In this document: one piece after another, positions 32,433 through 42,849 of the stretch
Position numbering within the stretch: position 1 is the stretch's first letter
Layout: each line of letters opens with the position of its first letter
Assembly (NCBI GenBank): GCA_965205265.1
Contig: CBDBGH010000003.1
Coordinates: 1,600,001 to 1,664,000, forward strand
DNA length: 64,000 nt
DNA from: Alphaproteobacteria bacterium
Lineage (GTDB): Bacteria > Pseudomonadota > Alphaproteobacteria > Bin95
Reading direction: 5' to 3'
Translations under genes and position numbers: made by a program
Notes under the pieces: model-generated
The model's database searches: none
The model's input: the letters and a program-made list of their open reading frames with translations, nothing else
What the model was told of the DNA's origin: nothing

Positions 32433-32540
32433 GGACTTGTTCCGGGCATCTTCCGCCACAGCTTCCGTCGGACGGCCGCATGGATACCCGGAACAAGTCC
32501 GGGTATGACGGAGAGGACGCTACAGGAAGGATGGAACGGA

Positions 32541-33005
32541 ATGAGTTTGAACGAAGGCGACCCCGCCCCGGATTTCCAACTGCCTGCCGACGGCGGAAAC
32601 ACCGTCGCGCTTGGAGACTATCGCGGGCGCAGGCTCGTGCTCTATTTCTACCCCCGCGACGACACCCCCGGCTGCACGACCGAGGCGCAGGCCTTTCGGG
32701 ACGCATCTGAGGAGTTCGACCGGGCCGGCGCCGCCATTCTCGGCATATCCCCCGACACGCCGGCGAAACACGACCGCTTCAAGGCAAAACACGGCCTGCC
32801 CTTCTCCCTCGGCTCGGACGAAGACAACGCCATGGCGGAAGCCTATGGCGTGTGGGTCGAGAAGCGGATGTACGGCCGCACCTATATGGGCATCGAGCGC
32901 TCGACCTTCCTGATCGACGAGGCGGGCCGGATTGCGCGCATCTGGCGCAAGGTGCGCGTCAAGGGTCACGCCCAGGCGGTGCTCGACGCGCTCAACGGCG
33001 GTTGA
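32541..33005 (+). CDS. bcp: Peroxiredoxin Bcp/PrxQ
   Basis: YFYPRDDTPGCTTEA, YGRTYMGIERSTFLID. Confidence 0.93.
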   Translation: MSLNEGDPAPDFQLPADGGNTVALGDYRGRRLVLYFYPRDDTPGCTTEAQAFRDASEEFDRAGAAILGISPDTPAKHDRFKAKHGLPFSLGSDEDNAMAEAYGVWVEKRMYGRTYMGIERSTFLIDEAGRIARIWRKVRVKGHAQAVLDALNGG

Positions 33006-34209
33006 GGCCGCCGGCCAGCAACAGCAGCTTGGCACCGCCCATGACGGCGGCGCAGGCGAGGCCGATTTCGGCGAGTTCGGCGCCGGCATCCATCGCGCGG
33101 CCGAAGGCGGCCGGGGCAAGCGCGCTCGAAAACACCATCAGGACGAAATAGACCGAACGGATCGCGCCTAATTGCGCCACGCCGTAAACCTCCGCCCAGA
33201 TCGCGCCCAGCAGGGTTTGCGTCAGGCCGCCCGAAATGCCGAGCAGCGCCATGAAGAGGAAGGCGATCCACACGGCCTTGCCCGCCGAGAGCGCGAGGCA
33301 GGCCGCCATGAGCGGCAGCAACAGGGCCGGCAGCAGGGCGCGCGCGCTGAACCTGTCGATCGCAGGCCCGATGGCAAGCGACATTGCGATCTTGGCGGCG
33401 GCGAAGGCGGTGAAGGCGGCGGCGACGAGCTTCATGCTCCATCCCTGCTCCCCGGCGAGCGGCACGATGTGGAAGGCAAAGCCAGTGGAAACGAACGCGG
33501 GCACCAGCACCGCCGGCAGGGTCAGCAGGAAACGCCGGTCGCGGAACAGCATGCTCCAGGCGCCGATGCGCGCGGCGGCGGGCCGGACCGGCGGGGGCAT
33601 GCGCGGCAGCAGCAGCATGGCCGACGGCAGGATCGCCAGGACGAGCAGGGCGGAAGCGCCCCACCAGACCTCGCGCCAGCCGAGCCAGGCCGCGGCCGCA
33701 ACCGCAATAGGCGGCAGCAGGGCCTCGCCAAGCGGATGGCCGAGCATGACGACGCTCAACGCTTTGCCGCGGCCCCGGTCGAAATGACGGGCGGTTGCGG
33801 TATGGGCGGTGTGGGTAACGAGTCCCTGCCCGAAAAAGCGCAGCGCACAGAGCGCCGCCGTCAGCAGAAACACACCCGCTGCGCTTGCCATGACGGCGCA
33901 GGCGGCAGCCAGGCCAACAAGGGCGAAAGCGGCGTAGCGGCGCAGCGTAATGCGGTCGATCGCGCGCCCGGCGAAGGCGAAGGCGAATCCGCTGACGAGC
34001 GTGCCCGCCATGTAGAGCGAGCCGAACCCGGCATGGTCGAGCGCGAATTCGGCCCGGATCGAGGCGCCGAACAGCCCGATATAGAAGGTCTGCCCGAAGC
34101 TCGAGAAACAGGCCAGCAGGACTCCGAACCCGAGGAACGGCGCGTTCGCGGCGATGAAGCGGAAATAGGCTTGCAAGGACCTGACCGGTTGTGTCGCGTG
34201 CTTCGACAA
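32992..34209 (-). CDS. MFS transporter
   Basis: About 12 TM segments, SSFGQTF, RFFGQG. Confidence 0.85.
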   Translation of the reverse strand: MSKHATQPVRSLQAYFRFIAANAPFLGFGVLLACFSSFGQTFYIGLFGASIRAEFALDHAGFGSLYMAGTLVSGFAFAFAGRAIDRITLRRYAAFALVGLAAACAVMASAAGVFLLTAALCALRFFGQGLVTHTAHTATARHFDRGRGKALSVVMLGHPLGEALLPPIAVAAAAWLGWREVWWGASALLVLAILPSAMLLLPRMPPPVRPAAARIGAWSMLFRDRRFLLTLPAVLVPAFVSTGFAFHIVPLAGEQGWSMKLVAAAFTAFAAAKIAMSLAIGPAIDRFSARALLPALLLPLMAACLALSAGKAVWIAFLFMALLGISGGLTQTLLGAIWAEVYGVAQLGAIRSVYFVLMVFSSALAPAAFGRAMDAGAELAEIGLACAAVMGGAKLLLLAGGLNRR

Positions 34210-34259
34210 GCCATAACCGGCCCGCCGGCAAAAATTAACGAGGAAACGGACGCATCTCC

Positions 34260-35045
34260 ATGTCGCACTCCGATTCGCTGTTCGATCTCTCGGGCGAGGT
34301 CGCCGTCGTCACCGGTTCCACCAAGGGCATCGGCAAGGCCATCGCCTGCCGCATGGCGGAGGCCGGCGCGCATGTCGTGGTCTCTTCGCGCAAGGCGGAT
34401 GTTTGCGATGCAGTGGCCGCCGAAATCAATGAAAAGTGGGCGCGAAACGGGGCGGAAGCGGTCTCCTGCCCGGCCCATGTCGGCCATAAGGACCAATTGC
34501 AGAAGCTGGTCGATTGCGCGGTGGATCGTTGGGGCAAGCTCACCATCGCGGTGCCCAACGCAGCGGCCAACCCCTATTACGGGCCGATAGCGGGAATCCC
34601 GGATTCGGCGTTCGACAAGATCATGGAGACGAATATCCGCTCCACCCACTGGCTGTGCATGCTCGCCCTGCCCCATATGGAAGCCGCCGGCAGCGGATCG
34701 ATCGTCATCATCGCCTCGATTGCCGGCCTGAAGGGCAACACCACGCTCGGCGCCTATGCGATCTCCAAGGTCGCCGAACACCAGATCGCGCGGAACATCG
34801 CCGTGGAATACGGCCCGAAGAACATCCGCGCCAACGCCATCGCGCCGGGCCTCATCAAGACCGATTTCGCCAGGGCGCTGTGGACGGACCCGGTGCGGCT
34901 GGAGGGCGTCAACAACGCGCTGCCGCTCAGGCGCATCGGCGATCCGGACGAAATCGGCTCGGTCGCCGTCTTCCTGGCCAGCCGGGCGGCATCCTATGTC
35001 ACCGGGCAGGTCATCAATGTCTGCGGCGGCGCCGCCGTTGTCTGA
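34260..35045 (+). CDS. Short-chain dehydrogenase/reductase
   Basis: TGSTKGIG, YAISK, NAIAPGLIKT. Confidence 0.92.
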   Translation: MSHSDSLFDLSGEVAVVTGSTKGIGKAIACRMAEAGAHVVVSSRKADVCDAVAAEINEKWARNGAEAVSCPAHVGHKDQLQKLVDCAVDRWGKLTIAVPNAAANPYYGPIAGIPDSAFDKIMETNIRSTHWLCMLALPHMEAAGSGSIVIIASIAGLKGNTTLGAYAISKVAEHQIARNIAVEYGPKNIRANAIAPGLIKTDFARALWTDPVRLEGVNNALPLRRIGDPDEIGSVAVFLASRAASYVTGQVINVCGGAAVV

Positions 35046-35052
35046 CCGGCCG

Positions 35053-36006
35053 ATGAAAATCGCCATCGCCGGGCTCGGAGCCATGGGCGGCATGATCGCC
35101 GCCCTGCTTGCGCGCGGCGGCGCGGAGGTGTCGGGCCTCGCGCGCGGCGCAACCCTGGAGGCGGTCCGGTCGCGCGGCCTGATCCTCGACTTCAAGGGCG
35201 CGCGGCACGAGGCGCGGATCGCCGTCGATGACAATCCCGCGGCGCTCGGCGTCCAGGACGCGGTCGTCATCGCCGTCAAGGAACCGGCCCTTGCGGGACT
35301 GGCGCCGTCGCTGACGCCGATGATCGGCCCTGAAACCGCCATCGTCACCGCCATGAACGGCCTGTCCTGGTGGTTCTTTCAAGGCCTCGGCGGCCGGCGA
35401 ATCGCCTGCCTGGACCCGAAGGGCGAGATCGAGGCGGCGCTGCCTTCGCGCCAGGCGGTCGGTGCCGTGCTGCATCTCTGGGCGACGGTGCCGGAGCCCG
35501 GCCGTATCGACGCCGGCCCCGGAGACCGGGTGATCCTCGGCAGTCCCGGCGCGATGGACCTGTCTGCGCTCGCCGCCGCCTTCGAGGCCGGCGGTTTCCA
35601 GGTGCAGCGCTCCGACGACATCCGCGCGGAGGTCTGGAGCAAGCTGCTCGGCAATCTCTCGGGCAATCCGATCAGCGCGGTCACGGGCGCGACGCTCGAC
35701 CGGATTCTCTCGCCCGATGGCACGCTCGACGCCGCCATGGCGCTGATGGCGGAGACAACGGCCGTCGGCCGCGCCATCGGCATCGAGCCGGTCATCTCGC
35801 TCGAGGCCCGCGTCGAGCTGGGCCGCAGCCTCGGCGCCTTCAAGACCTCCATGCTCCAGGATTTCGAGAACGCCAAGCCGCCCGAGATTGCCGCATTGCT
35901 TACCTGCGTCAGCGAAATCGGCGCGGCGGAGGGCGTGCCGACGCCGCTGATCGACGCCATGAGGGCCATCGTGACGCTGCGGGCGGAAACCGCCGGCCTC
36001 CTCTGA
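35053..36006 (+). CDS. Ketopantoate reductase family protein (PanE/ApbA-like)
   Basis: GLGAMG, IAVK, AMNG, WSKLLGN, KTSMLQD. Confidence 0.85.
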   Translation: MKIAIAGLGAMGGMIAALLARGGAEVSGLARGATLEAVRSRGLILDFKGARHEARIAVDDNPAALGVQDAVVIAVKEPALAGLAPSLTPMIGPETAIVTAMNGLSWWFFQGLGGRRIACLDPKGEIEAALPSRQAVGAVLHLWATVPEPGRIDAGPGDRVILGSPGAMDLSALAAAFEAGGFQVQRSDDIRAEVWSKLLGNLSGNPISAVTGATLDRILSPDGTLDAAMALMAETTAVGRAIGIEPVISLEARVELGRSLGAFKTSMLQDFENAKPPEIAALLTCVSEIGAAEGVPTPLIDAMRAIVTLRAETAGLL

Positions 36007-36054
36007 CCTGGAGACCCGCGCGGACTACGCATTTCCGCCGCTACAATCCCCGCC

Positions 36055-37257
36055 ATGCCGCGACCTTCACCAGCCGAGCGACGCTGCCTGTTCTGGATGT
36101 GCGTGCTGATCGGCGTCAACCAGCTCGGCTTCGGAGCGATCGTGCCGGTGCTGCCGCTCTACGCGCAGGCGTTCGGCGTCACCGCGTCCGCAGTCGGCAT
36201 GGCCGTCGCCATATACGGCCTGGCGCGCTTCCTCATTGCCATGCCCATCGGGCGATTGTCCGACATGCTCGGGCGCCGCACGGCGCTGGCGCTCGGCGGC
36301 CTCCTTTCTACGACCGGCAATCTGTGGTGCGCCTGGGCGGCCGACTTCCCGGAGTTCGTCGCCGCGCGCTTCATCGCCGGCGCGGGCGCGGGCGCGGTCA
36401 TAACGACCGGCCATGTCGTGCTCGCCGACATCACCCGGCCCGAATGGCGCGGGCGCGCCCTCGGCATCTACCAGGGTACGTTCATCTTCGCCGTCGGCAT
36501 CGGGCCGTTCCCCGGCGGTTGGCTGGCGGAGAACTGGGGCCTGGAAGCGCCTTTCGTCGCCTGCGGCCTCGCCAGCCTTGCGGCCGGCGCCATCGCCTGG
36601 TTCGCGGTCGGCGAAACCCGCGACATGGCAGGCAACGGACAGACGGCCGGACAGGACCCGGCCCCGGACTTCCTGCGGCAGTTGCGGCTCGTCTTCTCGA
36701 ACCGCGCCTTCCTGCTCGTGAGCTGGGTCGGCTTCATCAATGCCTTTTCGCGGACCGGCGGGCTGTTCACCATCGTGCCGCTCTTGGGCGCTTCCAGCCT
36801 CGGCCTCGGCACTGTCGAGATCGGCTTCGGCATCGCACTCGGCAGCGTTCTCGGCCTGCTTGCCGCCTGGCCGGCAGGCATGGTTTCGGACCGGTTCGGG
36901 CGCAAGAACGTGATCGTGCCCGCAACCGCGATTTCCGGCGGCGCGATGCTGCTGTTCGCGCTGGCGCCCTCCTATTTCTGGTTCGCGTGCGCGTGCGCGC
37001 TCTGGAGCGTCGCCACGTCGGTCGGCGGCGCGGCTCCGGCCGCCTATGCAGCCGACAACGCGCCTCCCGGCATGAACGCCGCCGCCATGAGCAGCTACCG
37101 CATGCTGGGGGATGCGGGCTATGTGCTGGGTCCCGTCCTGCTCGGCCTTGCGGTGGATGCCGGCGGCGACCGCGTGGCGCTTTACCTCGCCTCCGGCCTG
37201 CTTGTCGCGGCGGCGCTCGCATTCGCGGGCTTTGCGCGCGAGAGCCACCGTTTGTGA
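36055..37257 (+). CDS. MFS transporter
   Basis: GRLSDMLGRR and SDRFGRK motifs, 12 TM. Confidence 0.88.
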   Translation: MPRPSPAERRCLFWMCVLIGVNQLGFGAIVPVLPLYAQAFGVTASAVGMAVAIYGLARFLIAMPIGRLSDMLGRRTALALGGLLSTTGNLWCAWAADFPEFVAARFIAGAGAGAVITTGHVVLADITRPEWRGRALGIYQGTFIFAVGIGPFPGGWLAENWGLEAPFVACGLASLAAGAIAWFAVGETRDMAGNGQTAGQDPAPDFLRQLRLVFSNRAFLLVSWVGFINAFSRTGGLFTIVPLLGASSLGLGTVEIGFGIALGSVLGLLAAWPAGMVSDRFGRKNVIVPATAISGGAMLLFALAPSYFWFACACALWSVATSVGGAAPAAYAADNAPPGMNAAAMSSYRMLGDAGYVLGPVLLGLAVDAGGDRVALYLASGLLVAAALAFAGFARESHRL

Positions 37258-38783
37258 ACGCCGCCGCACCCGCGCGGATCACCGGCCGGCAGTGGCTGAT
37301 CGTCGTGACGGTGCAATCCGTCACCCTGCTTTTCGGCATCACGCTCACCAGCGTCACCGTCATCCTGCCGCAGATGAAGGGCGCGCTGTCGGCAACGCAG
37401 GACCAGATTTCCTGGGTGCTCACCCTCAACCTTGTCGCGACCGCGGTCGCCACGCCGCTCACCGGCTGGCTGTCCGGCAAGCTCGGCCAGCGCAATCTGC
37501 TGCTCGCATCCGTGCTCGGTTTCACCGGCGCATCCGTACTTTGCGGCTTCGCCGACTCGCTGGAAACGCTGATTGCGCTACGCGTCGTCCAGGGCGCATG
37601 CGGCGCGCCGATCTTTCCGCTGGGCCAGGCGATCCTGCTCGGCAGCTTCAACCGGGAGCAGCAGCCCTTCGTCGTGATGATGTGGGGCGTCGGAGGCGTG
37701 TTCGGGCCCATACTAGGGCCCACCTTCGGCGGCATTGTCGGCGAGCTGCTGGACTGGCGCTGGGCCTTCTTCCTGATCCTGCCGCTGGGCCTTGCCGCCT
37801 GCATCCCGATCTTGCTGGCCATCGACCACAGGGAGCGCGGCACGGCGCGGCGTTTCGACGCCGCCGGCTTCGTCATGATCGCCGTCGCCATCGGCGCCAC
37901 GCAGCTCTTCTTCGATCGCGGCCAGCGCAATGACTGGTTCGACTCGCTGGAAATCGCGGTCATGGCCGTTCTGGCAGTGGCGGGCTTCTATCTCTTCCTC
38001 GTCCACAGCTGGCTCGCGCGGGCGCCGTTGTTCGCCCCGGCGGCCTTCACCGACCGCAATTTCGTGCTGGGCCTCTTCTTCGCCTTCGTCATGGGCATGC
38101 TGCAGTTCACGCCCATGGTGCTGTTTCCGCCGCTGTTGCAGGAGTTGCGCGGCTATCCGGAGGCCGTTGTCGGCTACCTCATCGCGACCCGCGGCGTGGG
38201 CAACCTGCTGAGTTTCCTCATCGTGGCGCAATTCACCCGCCATGCCCCGCGCCTCTGCCTGGCGACCGGCATGGTCATACAGGCGGGCGCGGGCGTGTGG
38301 ATGGGGTCGCTCGACATCAACCTCAGGAGCGAGGACGTGTTCTGGTCGAACCTGATGCACGGCTTCGGCTTCGGCCTGTCCTACACGCCGCTGGCGATCC
38401 TGACCTTCTCCACCCTGCCGCCGGCCTATCTGACGCAGGGCAATGCCGTGTTCAGCCTGCTCAGAATGCTGGGCAGCAGCATCTTCATCTCGCTCACCCT
38501 GCTGCTTTTCGCGCACACGGCCGCAGAGGCGCGGGTGGCGCTGACAAGCATCGTCAGCGTGTTCGACTTCGGCCTGGGCGCCCCCTGGCTCGCGCCGTTT
38601 GCGGATGCCGGCGGCAGCGCCGATATCGGCCGGCTGGACCGCGCGCTCTTTCTCCAGTCCAGCATGATCGGCTATCTCAACACCTTCCACCTGCTGACGC
38701 TCGCGCCGCTCGCCGCCGCGCCGCTGGCCTTCCTGTTCGCTTCGCGCCGCGCCAATCCGATTGCCGCAGGCAACCGGTCCTGA
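37254..38783 (+). CDS. DHA2 (EmrB/QacA-type) MFS efflux permease
   Basis: [38 protein letters not shown] start overlapping the previous stop. Confidence 0.88.
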   Translation: MNAAAPARITGRQWLIVVTVQSVTLLFGITLTSVTVILPQMKGALSATQDQISWVLTLNLVATAVATPLTGWLSGKLGQRNLLLASVLGFTGASVLCGFADSLETLIALRVVQGACGAPIFPLGQAILLGSFNREQQPFVVMMWGVGGVFGPILGPTFGGIVGELLDWRWAFFLILPLGLAACIPILLAIDHRERGTARRFDAAGFVMIAVAIGATQLFFDRGQRNDWFDSLEIAVMAVLAVAGFYLFLVHSWLARAPLFAPAAFTDRNFVLGLFFAFVMGMLQFTPMVLFPPLLQELRGYPEAVVGYLIATRGVGNLLSFLIVAQFTRHAPRLCLATGMVIQAGAGVWMGSLDINLRSEDVFWSNLMHGFGFGLSYTPLAILTFSTLPPAYLTQGNAVFSLLRMLGSSIFISLTLLLFAHTAAEARVALTSIVSVFDFGLGAPWLAPFADAGGSADIGRLDRALFLQSSMIGYLNTFHLLTLAPLAAAPLAFLFASRRANPIAAGNRS

Positions 38784-38821
38784 TAGACCGGCAATCCCGT
38801 CATTCCGGAGCCCTGAATTCC

Positions 38822-40987
38822 ATGGTTGAGCGAGTGCGAATCGGACAAAGCCAGGTCGCCGCCGAGCTGCACGCCTTTGTCGAGAACGAGGTTCTGCCGG
38901 GCCTTGGCCTCGAAGGCGATGCGTTCTGGCAGGGCTTCGACGCCCTGCTGCACGATCTCGCACCCGTCAACCGCGCTCTGCTGGCCCGCCGCGAGGCGCT
39001 GCAGGCGGAGATCGACGCCTGGCACAAGGCCCGGCGCGGCCAGCCTATCGACGCGGACGCCTACCGGGCTTTCCTCTCGGAAATCGGCTATCTCGTGCCC
39101 GAGGGGCCCGATTTCAGCATCGAGACCTCCCATATCGACGAGGAGATCGCGACCGTTGCCGGCCCGCAGCTTGTCGTTCCGGTAACGAACGCCCGCTACG
39201 CGCTCAACGCCGCCAATGCGCGCTGGGGCAGCCTCTACGACGCGCTCTACGGCACGGACGCGATCCCTGAAGACGGCGGCGCCGTGCGCGCCGGCGGCTA
39301 CAACCCGGTACGCGGCGCGAAGGTTATCGCCTGGACGCGCGCCTTCCTCGACGAGACGGCCCCGCTCGCCGCCGGCTCGCACAGCGATGTCACCGCCTAC
39401 CGGGTCGAGGGCGGCACTCTTGTCGCCGGCCTGCCGGGCGGCGGGTCGCCGCTTGCGGAACCCGGCCTGTTCGCCGGCTACCGGGGCGATCCGGCGGCGC
39501 CCGAAGCCGTGCTGCTCCGCCATAACGGGCTGCATGTCGAGATCGCGATAGACCGCAGCCACCCCGTCGGGCGGGACGACAAGGCCGGCGTTTCGGATGT
39601 GCTGCTGGAAGCGGCCGTCACCACCATCGTGGACTGCGAGGATTCCATCGCCGCCGTCGATGCCGGAGACAAGGTGCTCGCCTACCGGAACTGGCTCGGC
39701 CTCATCAAGGGCGACCTCGCGGCGAGCTTCGACAAGGAGGGCGGGGCGGTCGAACGCCGCCTCAATCTCGACCGCTGCTATACGGGCGCAGGCGGCGGCG
39801 AGATCGTGCTGCCCGGCCGCTCGCTGATGCTCTGCCGCAATGTCGGCCACCTGATGACCAACCCGGCCGTGCTGGACGGCGATGGCCGGGAGGCCCCGGA
39901 AGGCATACTCGATGCCGTGTTCACCTGCACGATCGGGCTGCACGACATCAAGGGCAACGGGGCTTACGGCAACAGCCGCGCCGGCTCGATATACATCGTC
40001 AAGCCGAAGATGCACGGGCCGGAGGAAGTCGCCTTCGCGGATACGCTCTTCGCCCGCGTCGAGGACCTTCTGGGGCTGGAGCGCAACCGCATCAAGATCG
40101 GCATCATGGACGAGGAGCGGCGCACCACCGTCAACCTCAAGGAGTGCATCCGCGCCGCGCGCCATCGGGTCGCCTTCATCAATACGGGCTTCCTCGACCG
40201 GACCGGCGACGAGATCCACACTTCGATGGAAGCGGGCCCCATGATCCGCAAGGCGGACATGAAGGCCGCGCCGTGGCTCAGCACCTATGAGGACTGGAAT
40301 GTCGATATCGGCATCGCCTGCGGGCTGCGCGGCCGCGCCCAGATCGGCAAGGGCATGTGGGCCATGCCGGACCTGATGGCGGACATGCTGGAGCAGAAGA
40401 TCGGCCACCCGATGGCCGGCGCCGACACCGCCTGGGTGCCTTCGCCCACCGCCGCCACGCTGCATGCGACGCACTACCACCGCGTCAGGGTGGAGGAGCG
40501 CCAGGAAGCGGCCGCGGGCCGCGCGCGGGCCGATCTCGGCGCCATCCTGTCGATCCCGGTGGCGCCGCGCCCCAACTGGTCGCCGGAGGACATCCGCGCC
40601 GAGCTGGAGAACAACGCCCAGGGCATACTCGGCTATGTCGTGCGTTGGGTGGACCAGGGCATCGGCTGCTCGAAGGTGCCGGACATCAACGATATCGGCC
40701 TGATGGAGGACCGCGCCACCTGCCGCATCTCCAGCCAGCACATGGCCAATTGGCTGCACCACGGTATCTGCACCGAGGAGCAGGTCCAGGCGGTCATGCG
40801 CAAGATGGCGGAGGTGGTGGACCGGCAGAACGCCGGCGATCCGGCCTACACGCCGATGGCGCCCGCCTTCGACGGTCCGGCCTTCAAGGCCGCCTGCGAC
40901 CTTGTCTTCCAGGGCCGAGAACAGCCCTCCGGCTACACCGAACCGGTACTCCACCGCCGGCGTGCGGAGGCCAAGGCCGCCGGCTGA
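38822..40987 (+). CDS. glcB: Malate synthase G
   Basis: [54 protein letters not shown]. Confidence 0.97.
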   Translation: MVERVRIGQSQVAAELHAFVENEVLPGLGLEGDAFWQGFDALLHDLAPVNRALLARREALQAEIDAWHKARRGQPIDADAYRAFLSEIGYLVPEGPDFSIETSHIDEEIATVAGPQLVVPVTNARYALNAANARWGSLYDALYGTDAIPEDGGAVRAGGYNPVRGAKVIAWTRAFLDETAPLAAGSHSDVTAYRVEGGTLVAGLPGGGSPLAEPGLFAGYRGDPAAPEAVLLRHNGLHVEIAIDRSHPVGRDDKAGVSDVLLEAAVTTIVDCEDSIAAVDAGDKVLAYRNWLGLIKGDLAASFDKEGGAVERRLNLDRCYTGAGGGEIVLPGRSLMLCRNVGHLMTNPAVLDGDGREAPEGILDAVFTCTIGLHDIKGNGAYGNSRAGSIYIVKPKMHGPEEVAFADTLFARVEDLLGLERNRIKIGIMDEERRTTVNLKECIRAARHRVAFINTGFLDRTGDEIHTSMEAGPMIRKADMKAAPWLSTYEDWNVDIGIACGLRGRAQIGKGMWAMPDLMADMLEQKIGHPMAGADTAWVPSPTAATLHATHYHRVRVEERQEAAAGRARADLGAILSIPVAPRPNWSPEDIRAELENNAQGILGYVVRWVDQGIGCSKVPDINDIGLMEDRATCRISSQHMANWLHHGICTEEQVQAVMRKMAEVVDRQNAGDPAYTPMAPAFDGPAFKAACDLVFQGREQPSGYTEPVLHRRRAEAKAAG

Positions 40988-40996
40988 CGCTTCAGC

Positions 40997-41947
40997 CTAC
41001 ATCCCCCGGCCGAGGGCGAGAAAGCGTTCGCGGCGGGTGCGGCGGAGCGTGCTGCCGTCCATGCCGTCCAAATCCCGGAAGGCGTCCTCCAGGGCCTCGC
41101 CGAGAGAGGATATCGCCGCTTCGGGATTGCGGTGCGCGCCGCCCAGCGGCTCCCCGATCACGCGGTCGATGACGCCGAGGCCGAGCAGGTCCGCCGCCGT
41201 CAGCTTGAGCGCTTCGGCCGCCTCGGGCCCGTGCTCGCTGCTTCGCCACAGGATCGAGGCGCAGCCTTCGGGGGAAATCACCGAATAGATCGCATGCTCC
41301 AGCATCAACACACGGTCTGCGGACGCCAGCGCCACGGCCCCGCCGGAGCCGCCCTCGCCGATGACGGAGGCAATGAAGGGAACGCGCAGTTCGAGGCCGA
41401 TCTCGATGCAGCGCGCGATCGCTTCCGCCTGGCCGCGCTCCTCCGCCTCGACGCCCGGATAGGCCCCGGGCGTGTCCACGAAGGTCAGCACCGGAATGCC
41501 GAACCGGTCGGCAAGCCGCATCAGGCGTTGCGCCTTGCGGTAGCCTTCGGGATGCGCCATGCCGAAATTATGGCGCCGGCGGGATTCGAGGTCAGCGCCC
41601 TTCTCCTGCCCCAGCACGAGAACGGAGCGGCCGCGGAACCGTCCGATGCCGCCGACGACGGCCGCATCGTCGCGAAACGCCCGGTCGCCCGAGAGCGGCA
41701 GGAAACTCTCGATCAGCCCCTCCACAAAATGCGTGAGCCGCGGCCGCCCCGGATGGCGCGCCACCTGCACCCGCTGCCAGGGCGACAGCTTCGAATAGGT
41801 CTGGACCAGCAGCTTTTCGGCCTTGGAGCGCAGTTCGGCGATTTCTTCGGCGATGTTGAGGTCGTCGTTTCCCGTCAACTGGTTCAGCTCGTCGATCTTG
41901 GCTTCGAGCTCCAGGACCGGGCGTTCGAACTCCAGGGGCACCAGCAT
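40997..41947 (-). CDS. accA: Acetyl-CoA carboxylase carboxyltransferase alpha
   Basis: LEFERP, ARHPGRP, FGMAHPEGYRKA, GEGGSGGA, YSVISPEGCASILW. Confidence 0.95.
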   Translation of the reverse strand: MLVPLEFERPVLELEAKIDELNQLTGNDDLNIAEEIAELRSKAEKLLVQTYSKLSPWQRVQVARHPGRPRLTHFVEGLIESFLPLSGDRAFRDDAAVVGGIGRFRGRSVLVLGQEKGADLESRRRHNFGMAHPEGYRKAQRLMRLADRFGIPVLTFVDTPGAYPGVEAEERGQAEAIARCIEIGLELRVPFIASVIGEGGSGGAVALASADRVLMLEHAIYSVISPEGCASILWRSSEHGPEAAEALKLTAADLLGLGVIDRVIGEPLGGAHRNPEAAISSLGEALEDAFRDLDGMDGSTLRRTRRERFLALGRGM

Positions 41948-42849
41948 CAGGAACCGTTCCTCGCTGCCAGCGGGTGATGATCGAAGACCGCGCGGCGCAA
42001 CTGGTCGTCCACGACATGGGTATAGATCTGCGTCGTCGCGATATCGGCGTGGCCGAGCAATTGCTGGAGGCTGCGCAGGTCGGCTCCGCCCTGCAGCAGA
42101 TGCGAGGCGAAGGCATGGCGCATGACATGCGGGGATACCCGGCGGCGGTCCAGGCCTGCGCGAACCGCCAGCCCGTCCAGCAGCTGGCCGATGCGCCGCC
42201 GCGTCAGATGGCCTTCCCTGCTGGCGGACGGGAACAGCCAGCGCGACTGCCCGCCCCGGCCGACGTAATGCGGGCGGACCTTGGTCCAGGCATCGATGGC
42301 GGCGCGCGCCGGGCGGCCCAGGGGCACGACCCGCTCGCGCCCGCCCTTGCCGCGCACGGTCAGCCAGGCGCGTCCGGGCGGCACATCCGACATGGCGAGG
42401 CCGACAAGTTCCGACACGCGCAAGCCCGCGCCATAGAGCAGTTCCACGATGCAATAGAGCCTGAGTTGCGCGGGGCCGTCCTGGCTCTCAATGGCTCCGA
42501 TCAGCCTGCTCACTTCCTCGACTCCGAGATGGCGCGGCAGCGGCCGGCCGGTCTTGGGCGCATCGAGCCGGTCGGCCGGATTGTCCTCCCGGTAGCCTTC
42601 CGCCGTGCAGAACAGGAAAAACTGGCGCAGCGCAGAGCGCCGCCGCGACACCGTCCGGGGTGACAATCCCGCTTGCAGCAGGTCGGCCAGGTAACGGCGC
42701 AGGTCCGCTTCCCCGGCTTCCTCCAGGCCGCCGCCGAACGAGGCTTCCGCATGTTCGAGGTCGCGGCGATAAGCGGCAACCGTGTTGGCCGCCGCCCCCC
42801 GTTCGACCGTCAGCGCCTCGAGGAAGGCGTTGAGAGCGCTGATGCTCAC
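41947..42849 (-). CDS. xerD: Tyrosine recombinase XerD
   Basis: GLRVSEL, GKG, HVMRHAFASHLL, LGHADIATTQIYT, typical xerD-accA context. Confidence 0.88.
   Translation of the reverse strand: MSISALNAFLEALTVERGAAANTVAAYRRDLEHAEASFGGGLEEAGEADLRRYLADLLQAGLSPRTVSRRRSALRQFFLFCTAEGYREDNPADRLDAPKTGRPLPRHLGVEEVSRLIGAIESQDGPAQLRLYCIVELLYGAGLRVSELVGLAMSDVPPGRAWLTVRGKGGRERVVPLGRPARAAIDAWTKVRPHYVGRGGQSRWLFPSASREGHLTRRRIGQLLDGLAVRAGLDRRRVSPHVMRHAFASHLLQGGADLRSLQQLLGHADIATTQIYTHVVDDQLRRAVFDHHPLAARNGS

Larger units (their letters stand above)
31683..32510. repeat. CGTC-tagged dimer hosting two nested MITE-1 copies
   Basis: Outer arms at 31683-31703 and 32433-32510 (see findings). Confidence 0.88.

Noticed and set aside
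31683-32510. CRISPR array
   Set aside because: The repeats alternate in orientation, spacing is irregular, the 'spacers' are themselves repeated, and there are no cas genes. The nested TIR/DR parse explains the whole region.
31518-32710. Short ORFs such as MPGTSPGMT / MPGLVPGI / RHARTCSG, also near 9.7, 20.2, 53.3 and 58.1 kb
   Set aside because: They are translations of the palindromic repeats and MITEs, not genes.
41947-42849. Prophage or island integrase
   Set aside because: Sequence and accA/aroK context fit chromosomal XerD. There are no phage genes or att repeats.
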